Assembly (NCBI GenBank): GCA_019090455.1
Contig: JAHRWA010000054.1
Coordinates: 4,506 to 68,505, forward strand
DNA from: Pseudomonadales bacterium
Lineage (GTDB): Bacteria; Pseudomonadota; Gammaproteobacteria; Pseudomonadales; DC-out160
Length of the DNA: 64,000 nt
Reading direction: 5' to 3'
Under the pieces are notes generated by a model. That model ran no database searches. It was not told where the DNA came from and saw nothing but the letters and a program-made list of their open reading frames with translations. Of the stretch, positions 17,973 through 26,704 are shown one piece after another. A program made the translations under genes and the position numbers. How positions within the stretch are numbered: the stretch's first letter is position 1; each line of letters opens with the position of its first letter.

Positions 17973-19235
17973 ATGACAGATGTGAGTGAAGAGTCCATTC
18001 GTTCCGAAGTGAAGGCTTGGCTAGAAGAAAACTGGAATGCTGATTTGGGCTTGGTTGAGTGGCGCAGCCTTCTTGCCGAGTCTGGATGGGGGACACCTAG
18101 CTGGCCTAAGCAATGGTATGGGAGAGGCCTCTCTGCTAAATTATCTTCAGCCGTGTTGGATGAAATTCGTCAGTTTGGGGCAATCGGTGCTGCCGATTCC
18201 GGTGTAAGGATGTTAGCGTCAGCCACGTTGATGGAGCACGCCACTGATTACCAGAAAGATAAGTTATTACACAGAATAATTACAGGGGAGGATTCTTGGT
18301 GTCAGTTGTTTAGTGAACCTGGAAGTGGGTCCGATCTTGCGGGTTTAACAACTCGAGCGGATTTGGACGGTGATAACTGGATTATCAATGGTCAGAAGGT
18401 CTGGACTACAAGCGCCCATCATGCGAATTACGGTTTATTATTAGCGAGAACCGATTGGGATGTTCCTAAGCATCAAGGTATTTCTTATTTCGTTTTAGAT
18501 GTTACTCAGCCCGGTGTGGAGGTGCGTCCATTGCGACAAATGAATGGGCATGCATCCTTCAATGAAGTTTTTATGACCGATGCGGTTGTACCAGCGAATA
18601 TGCTTGTTGGGAAACTGAATGGCGGTTGGCAGGTCGGAATGACCACGCTTTCCCATGAACGTCGATTAGCCGATGGTTTGCGACCGATTGGTGGTAGTGG
18701 CGCGAAAAAAGCGAAGGGGAAAATATTTAGCGAGCTCGCTGCTGAAGTTAAAGTTGCTCAAGAACCCTACCGTTGGTACCCCCAGCGTGCTGGACGTCCA
18801 GATTTAACGGTATCGCGAGCGAGAGATACTGGCGCTCTCGAAGATCCAGTGATACGACAAGAGGTTGCTAAAGCGCTCACAATTCACCAGGCTAGTCAGT
18901 GGACGGCTCGACGAGCACGACAAGCACAGAGGCTAGGGCGACCTCCGGGACCTGAAGGTTCGCTAGGAAAATTAGCTGCTAGTAATGTAGCGAGGGCAGC
19001 CGCGTTGGCACATACGCTTACCAGTGGAGCGGATTCTATGTTGAAGGGAGAAGACGGCCCCAAAGACGGAATCATTGCTGAAATTTTGCTTTCAGTTCCT
19101 GCGGTATCTATCGCTGGTGGCACAGATGAAATACAAAGAAATATTATTTCTGAGCGAGTGTTAGGTCTTCCAAAAGAACCTAGAACTGATGCCGATGGCC
19201 CCTTTAAGGATGTTCCCAGAAATATTGTGAAATAA
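17973..19235 (+). CDS. Acyl-CoA dehydrogenase family protein (long member of an adjacent pair)
   Basis: 420 aa. WCQLFSEPGSGSDLAGL, INGQKVWTTSAHHANY and the C-terminal IAGGTDEIQRNIISERVLGLPKEP. Confidence 0.85.
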   Translation: MTDVSEESIRSEVKAWLEENWNADLGLVEWRSLLAESGWGTPSWPKQWYGRGLSAKLSSAVLDEIRQFGAIGAADSGVRMLASATLMEHATDYQKDKLLHRIITGEDSWCQLFSEPGSGSDLAGLTTRADLDGDNWIINGQKVWTTSAHHANYGLLLARTDWDVPKHQGISYFVLDVTQPGVEVRPLRQMNGHASFNEVFMTDAVVPANMLVGKLNGGWQVGMTTLSHERRLADGLRPIGGSGAKKAKGKIFSELAAEVKVAQEPYRWYPQRAGRPDLTVSRARDTGALEDPVIRQEVAKALTIHQASQWTARRARQAQRLGRPPGPEGSLGKLAASNVARAAALAHTLTSGADSMLKGEDGPKDGIIAEILLSVPAVSIAGGTDEIQRNIISERVLGLPKEPRTDADGPFKDVPRNIVK

Positions 19236-19274
19236 TTTCAAATACAAAGACAAAATCTGTGTTCTTCTTTCTGC

Positions 19275-19336
19275 CTCATTGAGAGATTAAACCAAACTAA
19301 ATAGAGCTATTTAGTTTGGTTTAATCTCTCAATGAG
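19275..19336. terminator. 29-bp perfect inverted repeat (4-nt spacer) between convergent genes; probable bidirectional terminator
   Basis: CTCATTGAGAGATTAAACCAAACTAAATA (19275-19303) is the exact reverse complement of 19308-19336. The right arm is the last 9 codons plus TA of the stop of the minus-strand ORF 19307-20830. Confidence 0.6.
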
Positions 19337-20830
19337 TTCTTCGAAGTCACTATCGATTTTGAGGGAAGATGAAGAGTTTGTTAAAATTAGGTTTGAAGAA
19401 TCAATCACCAGTTTTAGTAATTTATTTTTAACTTTACCTTCTATTGTAAGAGGTGCTAGAGCGCCTTTGTAATCCGAAATGAGTTGTTCTGAAACCTGTC
19501 TAACCTCTTTTATATGCTTTTTGTAATTCCCATTTAAGGAGTCTAAAGTACTTTTTGTTGTTTTAGTTAACAGGCGAAACCTATCGCTTTCGTTTTTTTG
19601 TGCAATTTTTGCATCGATCATACCGATGACTGAATCGAGGGTTAAGGATAGAGTTTGCAAATTATCTCGTAAGCGATCTAGAGTTTCAGAATCTTCTATA
19701 GCCGCTGCGCTGACGCATAACTTGGCTTTTTCACCATGTAATAAATAGAGTTCATCGTGAATAGATAGTCTCCCATCTGCTTCTTGACTCCATATGCTAC
19801 TTTCGCCATTTAAACCAAGTTCATCCTTACTGCAAAAAAAGAGCGGATTCTTGCCGTTGAATATTAGCAGCGCTGCATCCGTATTCATCGATTTTGTCAG
19901 TGAAAATAATTTATTCGATACTTCTTCTTGTGTATTGCATTTGTTGCACTCGGTGATAAATAGAAGAATTGCTCCTAAATCAGCACAGTTCTTCATAAAG
20001 CCAAAAACCATTTCCGTAGTTTGATTGAGCTCAGTTTCAAGGCCATCTATTTTATTTTGTTTTTCATCCAAAATGCCCGCATCTTCATTTGAACTTTGTT
20101 TAACAGTTGATTCCACCTTTGAAGAACTACCTTTCTCCTTCAGCGTATTATTCTCTTGAATAAGTAATTCTACTCTTTCCTCCAATGCTTTTAACTGTTC
20201 ATTGGAAGAACTTTGCGTATCTTGGAGAGACTTTAAAGTCCTCAACTGTAATTGGGCAGCACTATTGTCGCTACTATCTAGCTCGTTGAGTTCTTCGGTA
20301 TCTGTGATTAATTGAGTCGTTAAATTCGATTGTTGGCGCATCTCATCATTTAACCCACTGAAGAGTGAGCTATAGCTATTGTTTGTCTGTGTCGTAGCTG
20401 GAGTTTCTATAAGTGGCGAAGAGGCCGGAGATGATGAGTTCAGTGCGTCGGTTTTGAGTTTCTCCAACTGATCATAGGTTTCAAAAAATAATTGTTTGAA
20501 TTTTTCTAGGTTTTTTATTCTTTGATTGAAATTGTCAATAATGTTCGAATCTGGTTTTGCGAGAGTCTGAGTACCGGTGTCTTGTGCGCTCATTAGACTT
20601 AGGATGTCTACTAGACCAACGCCCAACATGGCCCAATCCGTGTAAGGATTATCGTCTTCCTTTAAGGCTGCAATTTCCAGTTTTAGATATGAGGACCGTA
20701 TAAACGAGGCTTTTTGTAATAATGGACTTTCCGAAAGTGATGCGTAATCCGACTTGGATTGAGGGCATCTATCTTCGCCAAGTATTAGTTCTTTTTCAAA
20801 AAAAGCTCTTATAATCTTGTCGCTAGACAT
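19307..20830 (-). CDS. Hypothetical 507-aa protein with a central Ser/Gln/Asn-rich coiled-coil region
   Basis: Long ORF with no signal peptide or TM helix. Heptad-like segment LQLRTLKSLQDTQSSSNEQLKALEERVELLIQENNTLKEK. I recognise no family motif. Confidence 0.55.
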   Translation of the reverse strand: MSSDKIIRAFFEKELILGEDRCPQSKSDYASLSESPLLQKASFIRSSYLKLEIAALKEDDNPYTDWAMLGVGLVDILSLMSAQDTGTQTLAKPDSNIIDNFNQRIKNLEKFKQLFFETYDQLEKLKTDALNSSSPASSPLIETPATTQTNNSYSSLFSGLNDEMRQQSNLTTQLITDTEELNELDSSDNSAAQLQLRTLKSLQDTQSSSNEQLKALEERVELLIQENNTLKEKGSSSKVESTVKQSSNEDAGILDEKQNKIDGLETELNQTTEMVFGFMKNCADLGAILLFITECNKCNTQEEVSNKLFSLTKSMNTDAALLIFNGKNPLFFCSKDELGLNGESSIWSQEADGRLSIHDELYLLHGEKAKLCVSAAAIEDSETLDRLRDNLQTLSLTLDSVIGMIDAKIAQKNESDRFRLLTKTTKSTLDSLNGNYKKHIKEVRQVSEQLISDYKGALAPLTIEGKVKNKLLKLVIDSSNLILTNSSSSLKIDSDFEELIERLNQTK

Positions 20831-21250
20831 GAGTGAATTATCGCAATTTGGTTCTAATTAAACCCTAAATGTCGCCAGTAATTTGGTTTTATGTAAAATG
20901 GAAGTGAATATCTAGACTGTATCGCCTTTAGGATATGCTTAACTAGCCATTTACAATTGAACCATTTTTACGGTGGTGTGGCGATATGCCTTAATTTGGA
21001 TTGGTTTTTTTCTTACTCTTCATAAATATAGCAGACATCAACCTAGTGGCGGATTTGTATGAATCCTAGGGGTAGTGATAGATAGATTAATCCGGGATAG
21101 TATGGAAAGAAGCAAGTGCGTGTTTAAAGTTTATAAGCTTTAAAATTAACTCACATGAGGCTGAATTGGCTAGGTAAGGCCGAATCTGTCTGGTTTCATG
21201 AATAGTTTCAATTCCCATCAATTTAGATATTAGCTGAATGAGGTCAATAT

Positions 21251-22162
21251 ATGTCGATCGGTATTGGGTTGGGCGTTGCGCGTTTTCCTTTTGAAAAGGT
21301 CGACCAGTTTTGGGAATGGGTACAGCTCTGTGAATCTGGTGGCGTCGATTCTCTGTGGCAGACAGACCGGCTTGTATCGAAGCAACCCTATTTAGAGTGT
21401 ATGAGTACCATGGCAGCTATCGCTGGTGCGACTCAACGGATTAAGTTTGGAATGAATGTGGCTTCGGTCGGCTTAAGAGATCCGCTACTACTGGCAAAAC
21501 AGTGTGCGAGCATAGATTTTCTTAGCAAAGGAAGATTGCTGCCAGCATTTGGTATTGGAGGGGCTATATCCGGAGAATGGAAAGCCATAGGGCAAACAAC
21601 CAAAGGTAGAGGCAAGCGTGCAGATGAAGCGCTCGATATAATGAAGGGGCTTTGGCAAGGAAAACCTGTGACCTATCAAGGGGAATATTACGATTATACC
21701 GATGTAATAATTTCACCTACACCTCATCAAGAAGCGCTACCTCTATGGATAGGAGGAAGCAGTCCAGCAGCTATCGCGCGGACAGCGCGCGTTGGGACGG
21801 GGTGGCAAGCGGGTTTCGAATCTCCTAAGAAGACAGGTGCAGTAAAAAAGAAAATTGAAATTGCTTTAAAGGCAGTGGGTCGATCGATTGATGATGATCA
21901 TTATGGAGCGGGCTTTCAATTTCATTTTGGAAGTAACGATGACCCGTGTTATCAGCGTGAAATGATGAGGATGACTAAGTTTGCACCTGACCGGGATATG
22001 TCTCATACCATCGCTATAGATGCGTGCCAAATAATAGAACGAATAAACCAATTTATAGATGAGGGCATATCGAAATTTATTCTACAACCATTAGGGGATA
22101 ATGATGGGGATTTGTTGGCACAAACGGACAAGTTAATTAGTGAAGTTTTGCCACATTGTTGA
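21251..22162 (+). CDS. Luciferase-like (LLM class) flavin/F420-dependent oxidoreductase
   Basis: 303 aa. GVDSLWQTDRL, FGMNVASVGLRDPLLLAKQCASIDFLSKGRLLPAFGIG and LPLWIGGSSPAAIARTARVGTGW are typical of the LLM family. Confidence 0.75.
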   Translation: MSIGIGLGVARFPFEKVDQFWEWVQLCESGGVDSLWQTDRLVSKQPYLECMSTMAAIAGATQRIKFGMNVASVGLRDPLLLAKQCASIDFLSKGRLLPAFGIGGAISGEWKAIGQTTKGRGKRADEALDIMKGLWQGKPVTYQGEYYDYTDVIISPTPHQEALPLWIGGSSPAAIARTARVGTGWQAGFESPKKTGAVKKKIEIALKAVGRSIDDDHYGAGFQFHFGSNDDPCYQREMMRMTKFAPDRDMSHTIAIDACQIIERINQFIDEGISKFILQPLGDNDGDLLAQTDKLISEVLPHC

Positions 22163-22262
22163 AAGTGAAAGTGAAAGTGGAATTCATAATCTAGTATGGG
22201 AATCAGATTACTATAAATCTCGATAGTATTGATTCCCGTGTTGAGAGGTGATTCCGTATTGT

Positions 22263-23420
22263 TTACGCGACTTCTACCTTTTCTTCTTTCATTCGCCAGG
22301 ATTTTTTGCCAGCTGGCAGATTAAATAAGGCGGCAGTGTTGTCGCGGAATATAGCCTGCTTTTGTTCTTCTGTTAAATGAGGTGTTTGTTCTCGGATTAA
22401 TTGTTGTGATCGAGGCCAAGTAGAATCGGTGTGAGGGAAATCACTTGCCCACAAAATGTTTTTGTAATTCATCATATACAGAGAATGATAGGCTGTCACA
22501 TCATCCTGAAATGTTCCGTAAACATTATTTTTTACATATTCGCTAGGCAACTTAGAAAGCCCTTTGATAATACCGCCTTCGGCGTGTAATTTTGCAGAAT
22601 GATCCATTCGGGTCATATAGTGAGGTATCCAGCCCACATCGCTTTCCGCCACAACCAACTTGAGTTTAGGGTGACGTTCAAAGACTCCGCCATACACCAT
22701 GAGCCCAACGACATCTTGAACAGCTCGAATAATGCTGAGAAAGCCATTCATTGAGTGGCCTCTAGGTTTAGTGTGTAAGCTACCTGCACGAGATGTAAGT
22801 ATGTGAAATGCAATGGGCATATCGAGATCTGTGGCACACTGCCATAAAGCATCATAGTCAGGGTGATCGTAATCTTCATAAACAGGGTCGCCTGGCATCA
22901 TCATTCCAACCATGCCCAATTCCTTACCCATTTCAAAATCTTTAATGGCTCTATCTACGCTCATGACAGCTGTTTGTGCCAAACCAAATATTCGGTAGGG
23001 TTGTTCTGCGCACAAAGTCTGTAGCCATCTGTTATATGCGTGCATGCAAGCGTTTTTATACTCTGCGTCACGATGCATGCAGATACCCATTCCAACAGAC
23101 GGATAAATTAATTCAGCAGCAATTCCATCTTGGTCCATATAAGGAGTGCGTTCATTGCCTTTGTATGCGCCTTCTCTTACGTCTGAAAATTTTAATGTTT
23201 TTGCCCGTATCGCGCGTTCTTTGATGCTATATCCAGCCCCATCAATAAATCCTAGTGGAGTAGGCTTTTTCATGCCGGCGATTTCAAATGCTTCCATGCC
23301 TCCTTCTAACACCACTCTACGAGGTGCATCAGCCTTATATTTAGGGTCGATAAAATCCACATAACAATTTGCGGGTTCGCAAACGTGTCCATCAGCAGAG
23401 ATAATTCCTCTAGGTATCAT
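22263..23420 (-). CDS. Amidohydrolase_2-family metal-dependent hydrolase/decarboxylase
   Basis: 385 aa. N-terminal ISADGHVCEP, and later LWASDFPHTDSTWP, are typical of the amidohydrolase 2 (ACMSD/LigW-like) family. Confidence 0.75.
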   Translation of the reverse strand: MIPRGIISADGHVCEPANCYVDFIDPKYKADAPRRVVLEGGMEAFEIAGMKKPTPLGFIDGAGYSIKERAIRAKTLKFSDVREGAYKGNERTPYMDQDGIAAELIYPSVGMGICMHRDAEYKNACMHAYNRWLQTLCAEQPYRIFGLAQTAVMSVDRAIKDFEMGKELGMVGMMMPGDPVYEDYDHPDYDALWQCATDLDMPIAFHILTSRAGSLHTKPRGHSMNGFLSIIRAVQDVVGLMVYGGVFERHPKLKLVVAESDVGWIPHYMTRMDHSAKLHAEGGIIKGLSKLPSEYVKNNVYGTFQDDVTAYHSLYMMNYKNILWASDFPHTDSTWPRSQQLIREQTPHLTEEQKQAIFRDNTAALFNLPAGKKSWRMKEEKVEVA

Positions 23421-23795
23421 TATTTGACTCCTTGTCTTCCTTGGTTTTTTGGATTTATGGATTTATGGATTTATTAAAAATTAAGCACCTTACGTCGATG
23501 ATTTATTTACACTGAGAATATACTAGCGTATTCATCGTAGCTTATGCTAGTGAGAATGGAGGAAGAATGAGGCTTCTTGAAAGTAAGGGCTATCGGAAGC
23601 ACTGATGTAGTGACTTTGAAATCCTGAATTACTTGATAGAAAATAAATAGACATTAAAAAAACTTCTCATTGAATAGGCAGGGGAGTATCTTGAAAGCAC
23701 ATGAATTCACTACCAGAAAGTAGAAAATAATTTGAGTAAAATTTCCTGTCTAGTGAAACGATAAATTTGGCTTATCAATGAAAAAGGGAGAAGTG

Positions 23796-24899
23796 ATGAA
23801 AGCTAAGGCAGCGGTATTTCGAGAAAAAGGCGTAGAGTTAAAAATAGAAGAAGTGGAAATTGATAATCCACAAGCCAATGAAGTGCTGATAAGAACTGTA
23901 GCCTGCGGGGTATGTCACAGTGATTTACATTTCGTTAAAGGGTCAATTCTTGGGCCCGTACCGACTATTCCTGGGCATGAACCTGCTGGAGTCGTTGAAG
24001 CAGTGGGCTCGGCAGTCAGATCTGTCGCCGTTGGCGATCATGTCATAGCCTGTACATCGATGTTTTGTGGACAATGTAAGCAGTGTCAATTAGGGCGGCC
24101 TTATTTGTGTGCTGATAAAAGAGCGACTCAACGGAAAAAAGGGGATACACCTAGGATTTCATTGGATGGAAAACCTTTAGCTCAGTTCGCCGACTTGTCT
24201 GCTTTTTGTGAAAAAATGTTAGTGCACGAAACGGCAGTGGTAAAGATAGATGATGACATACCTCTAGATAGTGCGGCTTTGGTCGGCTGTGCGGTGACAA
24301 CTGGAGTGGGTGCTGCTTTAAATACCGCGCGTGTAAAGCCTGGGTCGACTGTCGCTATTTTTGGGGCAGGGGGGATTGGTGTTTCTATTATTCAAGGTGC
24401 TCGTATAGCGGGTGCGAAACAAATTATTGTAATAGATTTAGTGCCCGAGAAATTGGAGGTTGCTCGTAAATTTGGTGCGACTCATACAATACTAGGTGGG
24501 CCAGATAGCCCTGATGGGGACCCTGTTAAGGCGATAAAGAAACTGAGTCGGGGTGGTGTTGACTATGCATTCGATGCCGTTGGGCTCACCCAGCTGTCAC
24601 AGCAATGTTTCTATGCATTAGCGCCACGTGGATTGGCCATCATCGTTGGTGCAATTCCTCCTGGCCAAAAGCTCGAATTGGAGCCCGGACATTTTTATGT
24701 GGAGAAGTCGATAATCGGGTGCTTTATGGGGTCTAACCGTTTTCATATTGATGCGTTGGATTACCTTGATCTATATAAGCAGGAGAGGTTAGATTTGGAT
24801 TCTATGATTTCAGAGCGTATGCCTCTTGAAAATATCAATGAAGCGTTCAACATGATGGATGGCGGGAAGGTTACGCGAACGGTAATTACTTTCGATTAA
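23796..24899 (+). CDS. Zinc-dependent alcohol dehydrogenase (medium-chain dehydrogenase/reductase)
   Basis: GVCHSDLH, GHEPAGVVEAVG, a structural-Zn Cys cluster CGQCKQCQLGRPYLC, and the Rossmann motif GAGGIGVSIIQGA. ATG 23796 follows AGGGAGAAG. Confidence 0.88.
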   Translation: MKAKAAVFREKGVELKIEEVEIDNPQANEVLIRTVACGVCHSDLHFVKGSILGPVPTIPGHEPAGVVEAVGSAVRSVAVGDHVIACTSMFCGQCKQCQLGRPYLCADKRATQRKKGDTPRISLDGKPLAQFADLSAFCEKMLVHETAVVKIDDDIPLDSAALVGCAVTTGVGAALNTARVKPGSTVAIFGAGGIGVSIIQGARIAGAKQIIVIDLVPEKLEVARKFGATHTILGGPDSPDGDPVKAIKKLSRGGVDYAFDAVGLTQLSQQCFYALAPRGLAIIVGAIPPGQKLELEPGHFYVEKSIIGCFMGSNRFHIDALDYLDLYKQERLDLDSMISERMPLENINEAFNMMDGGKVTRTVITFD

Positions 24900-24985
24900 C
24901 CTGTTTGTCGGCAATCTAATTATCGATAATCTAAATCGTAGAGAGTAAAAAACAGTTTGTTGAAAATTCTGTTTTAATAATAGTA

Positions 24986-25022
24986 GAAGGCTTGTACGAT
25001 CGGGTAGGTCGAACAAGCCTTC
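24986..25022. terminator. Hairpin terminator between convergent genes
   Basis: GAAGGCTTGT (24986-24995) pairs with ACAAGCCTTC (25013-25022), with further inner pairing. Flanked by T-rich sequence on the + strand and A-rich sequence upstream. Confidence 0.6.
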
Positions 25023-25110
25023 TTGGTTTCAACTAGTGAGTTCAGCAGAGTAGGAAAAGAAAATCATTTAAAGTATAGGTAATAGGGTAGTTAATACAGG
25101 TTGTGGGTAT

Positions 25111-25584
25111 TTACGATTGTTCTCGAACTATCATCACGTTCCCATCTACAGCACAAATTTCCACTCGCATTCCGGGTTCAAGGGAGTCTAGCGACGAGCT
25201 ATCATCGAGTCTTGCTTGCCAGTCAATACCCGAATGCCGAATGCTACCACCATTGACTGTGACCTCATTTTTAACCGGCACCATCTGACCAATCATATCG
25301 CTACTCCCATCACTCACCTGACTTGTGCCTTGAAATTTTTTGAGAGGTTTCCATAAAAATACAGCGCTAAGTATTGATAGAGTTCCCACTGAAGTAACTT
25401 CAATCTCCCAAGATGTTAGGAGGCCCAAACTTGTGAATACGCCTGTAATACAACAACCGATAGCGAAAAAAAGTAGTGGTCCACTCAGACCCATTAACGT
25501 CAGTTCTAAGACAAAGCTTACACCGGCTATGAGGTATAGCAGCTTGTCATGGTGCTCTAAGAAATAGTCAATAATTGCTTCCAT
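25111..25584 (-). CDS. NfeD-family membrane protein (partner of the SPFH protein)
   Basis: 157 aa. Three N-terminal TM helices and a C-terminal OB-like domain (MVPVKNEVTVNGGSIRHSGIDWQARL...VEICAVDGNVMIV). Lies 15 nt downstream of the SPFH gene. Confidence 0.8.
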   Translation of the reverse strand: MEAIIDYFLEHHDKLLYLIAGVSFVLELTLMGLSGPLLFFAIGCCITGVFTSLGLLTSWEIEVTSVGTLSILSAVFLWKPLKKFQGTSQVSDGSSDMIGQMVPVKNEVTVNGGSIRHSGIDWQARLDDSSSLDSLEPGMRVEICAVDGNVMIVREQS

Positions 25585-25599
25585 TATCGTATTACCAAC

Positions 25600-26583
25600 T
25601 TATATTTTGATATCGTTAAGTTGCAATGCGTTAGATACCGCAATAGCTTGAGCAACCGTGTCTGATACATTATTTCCGGTTTTACCATCAGTCAATACGA
25701 CTGAACCTGTTGCAGCGATTGCTCTGTGTGCTTCAATGGTTTGCTGGGCGAGAGTCAACTGAACTGCGTGCTTTCCTTGTAAGGTTGCGGCTTCTGTGCC
25801 CACCAATTTAAGTGCGGTTGCATCGGCGTCGGCGACTAATCGAATCGCTTCAGCTTTACCGGTTGCCTCTAGGATTTGCTGTTCTTTTTCCGCTTCTGCT
25901 AGCAGGACCTGTTGTGCTTTTTCTGCTTCCGCCGATAATACTAGGGCTTGTTTTTCGCCTTCTGCTTTTGTGATGGCTGCCATCTTTACGCCTTCAGCCG
26001 TGAGTATGACAGATCGTTTTTCTCGCTCAGCTGTCATTTGTTTTTCCATGTCTTCTTTGATCGATTGAGGCGGCGTAATATCTTTTATCTCATAACGTGT
26101 GACCTGCACTCCCCAAGGAGCGGTGGCTTCAGTCATAGCTGTTAAAATGCTACCGTTGATTAGGTCGCGATTCTGAAAACACTCATCTAACTCCATTGAT
26201 CCAATTGCATTTCGCATCGTTGTCATGGCCAGTTGTATTACTGCTAGTTTGTAATCGCTAATGTTATTCGTTGCCGCTGCGGCGTCAGTTACTTTCATGA
26301 AGAGTATGCCGTCTATCTGCAAGGTGATATTGTCTTTAGTGATGGCGGATTGCGAGCTGATTTCTAATGATTGTTCTTTCAAGTTTCTGTCGGCAGCAAC
26401 GTGCTGTACGAATGGGATAATAAAATTGAGACCAGCGCTGAGTGTCCCGCTGTATTTTCCTAGGGTATAAATGACATATCCTCTATTTTGCGGTACAAAA
26501 AGAATACCTTTACGCAGTGCAAATAAGCCAACGATAGTGAGCCATAAAAGGGGGGAGGTAAGAATTGAAATTGCAATTTCCAT
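25600..26583 (-). CDS. SPFH/band-7 (stomatin-like) protein
   Basis: 327 aa. N-terminal TM helix, an SPFH core (TKDNITLQIDGILFMKVTD...AMTTMRNAIGSMELDE), and an Ala/Glu-rich coiled-coil tail. Confidence 0.88.
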   Translation of the reverse strand: MEIAISILTSPLLWLTIVGLFALRKGILFVPQNRGYVIYTLGKYSGTLSAGLNFIIPFVQHVAADRNLKEQSLEISSQSAITKDNITLQIDGILFMKVTDAAAATNNISDYKLAVIQLAMTTMRNAIGSMELDECFQNRDLINGSILTAMTEATAPWGVQVTRYEIKDITPPQSIKEDMEKQMTAEREKRSVILTAEGVKMAAITKAEGEKQALVLSAEAEKAQQVLLAEAEKEQQILEATGKAEAIRLVADADATALKLVGTEAATLQGKHAVQLTLAQQTIEAHRAIAATGSVVLTDGKTGNNVSDTVAQAIAVSNALQLNDIKI

Positions 26584-26704
26584 TTTGTTTCCTTGTCGTG
26601 ATTAAGGCAGCTGGCTTTGAGAGAAAAGCACCCTAATTTGAGAAAAACCTCTGCTAATATACGATTAGTGGAGGTTTTTAATAAGCTGACTTTAAATAAT
26701 GATA

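Noticed and set aside
25111-26583. NfeD + SPFH/stomatin pair as a candidate novel system
   Set aside because: This two-gene operon is widespread and well known (the QmcA/YbbJ type). Nothing unusual was seen in its sequence or context.
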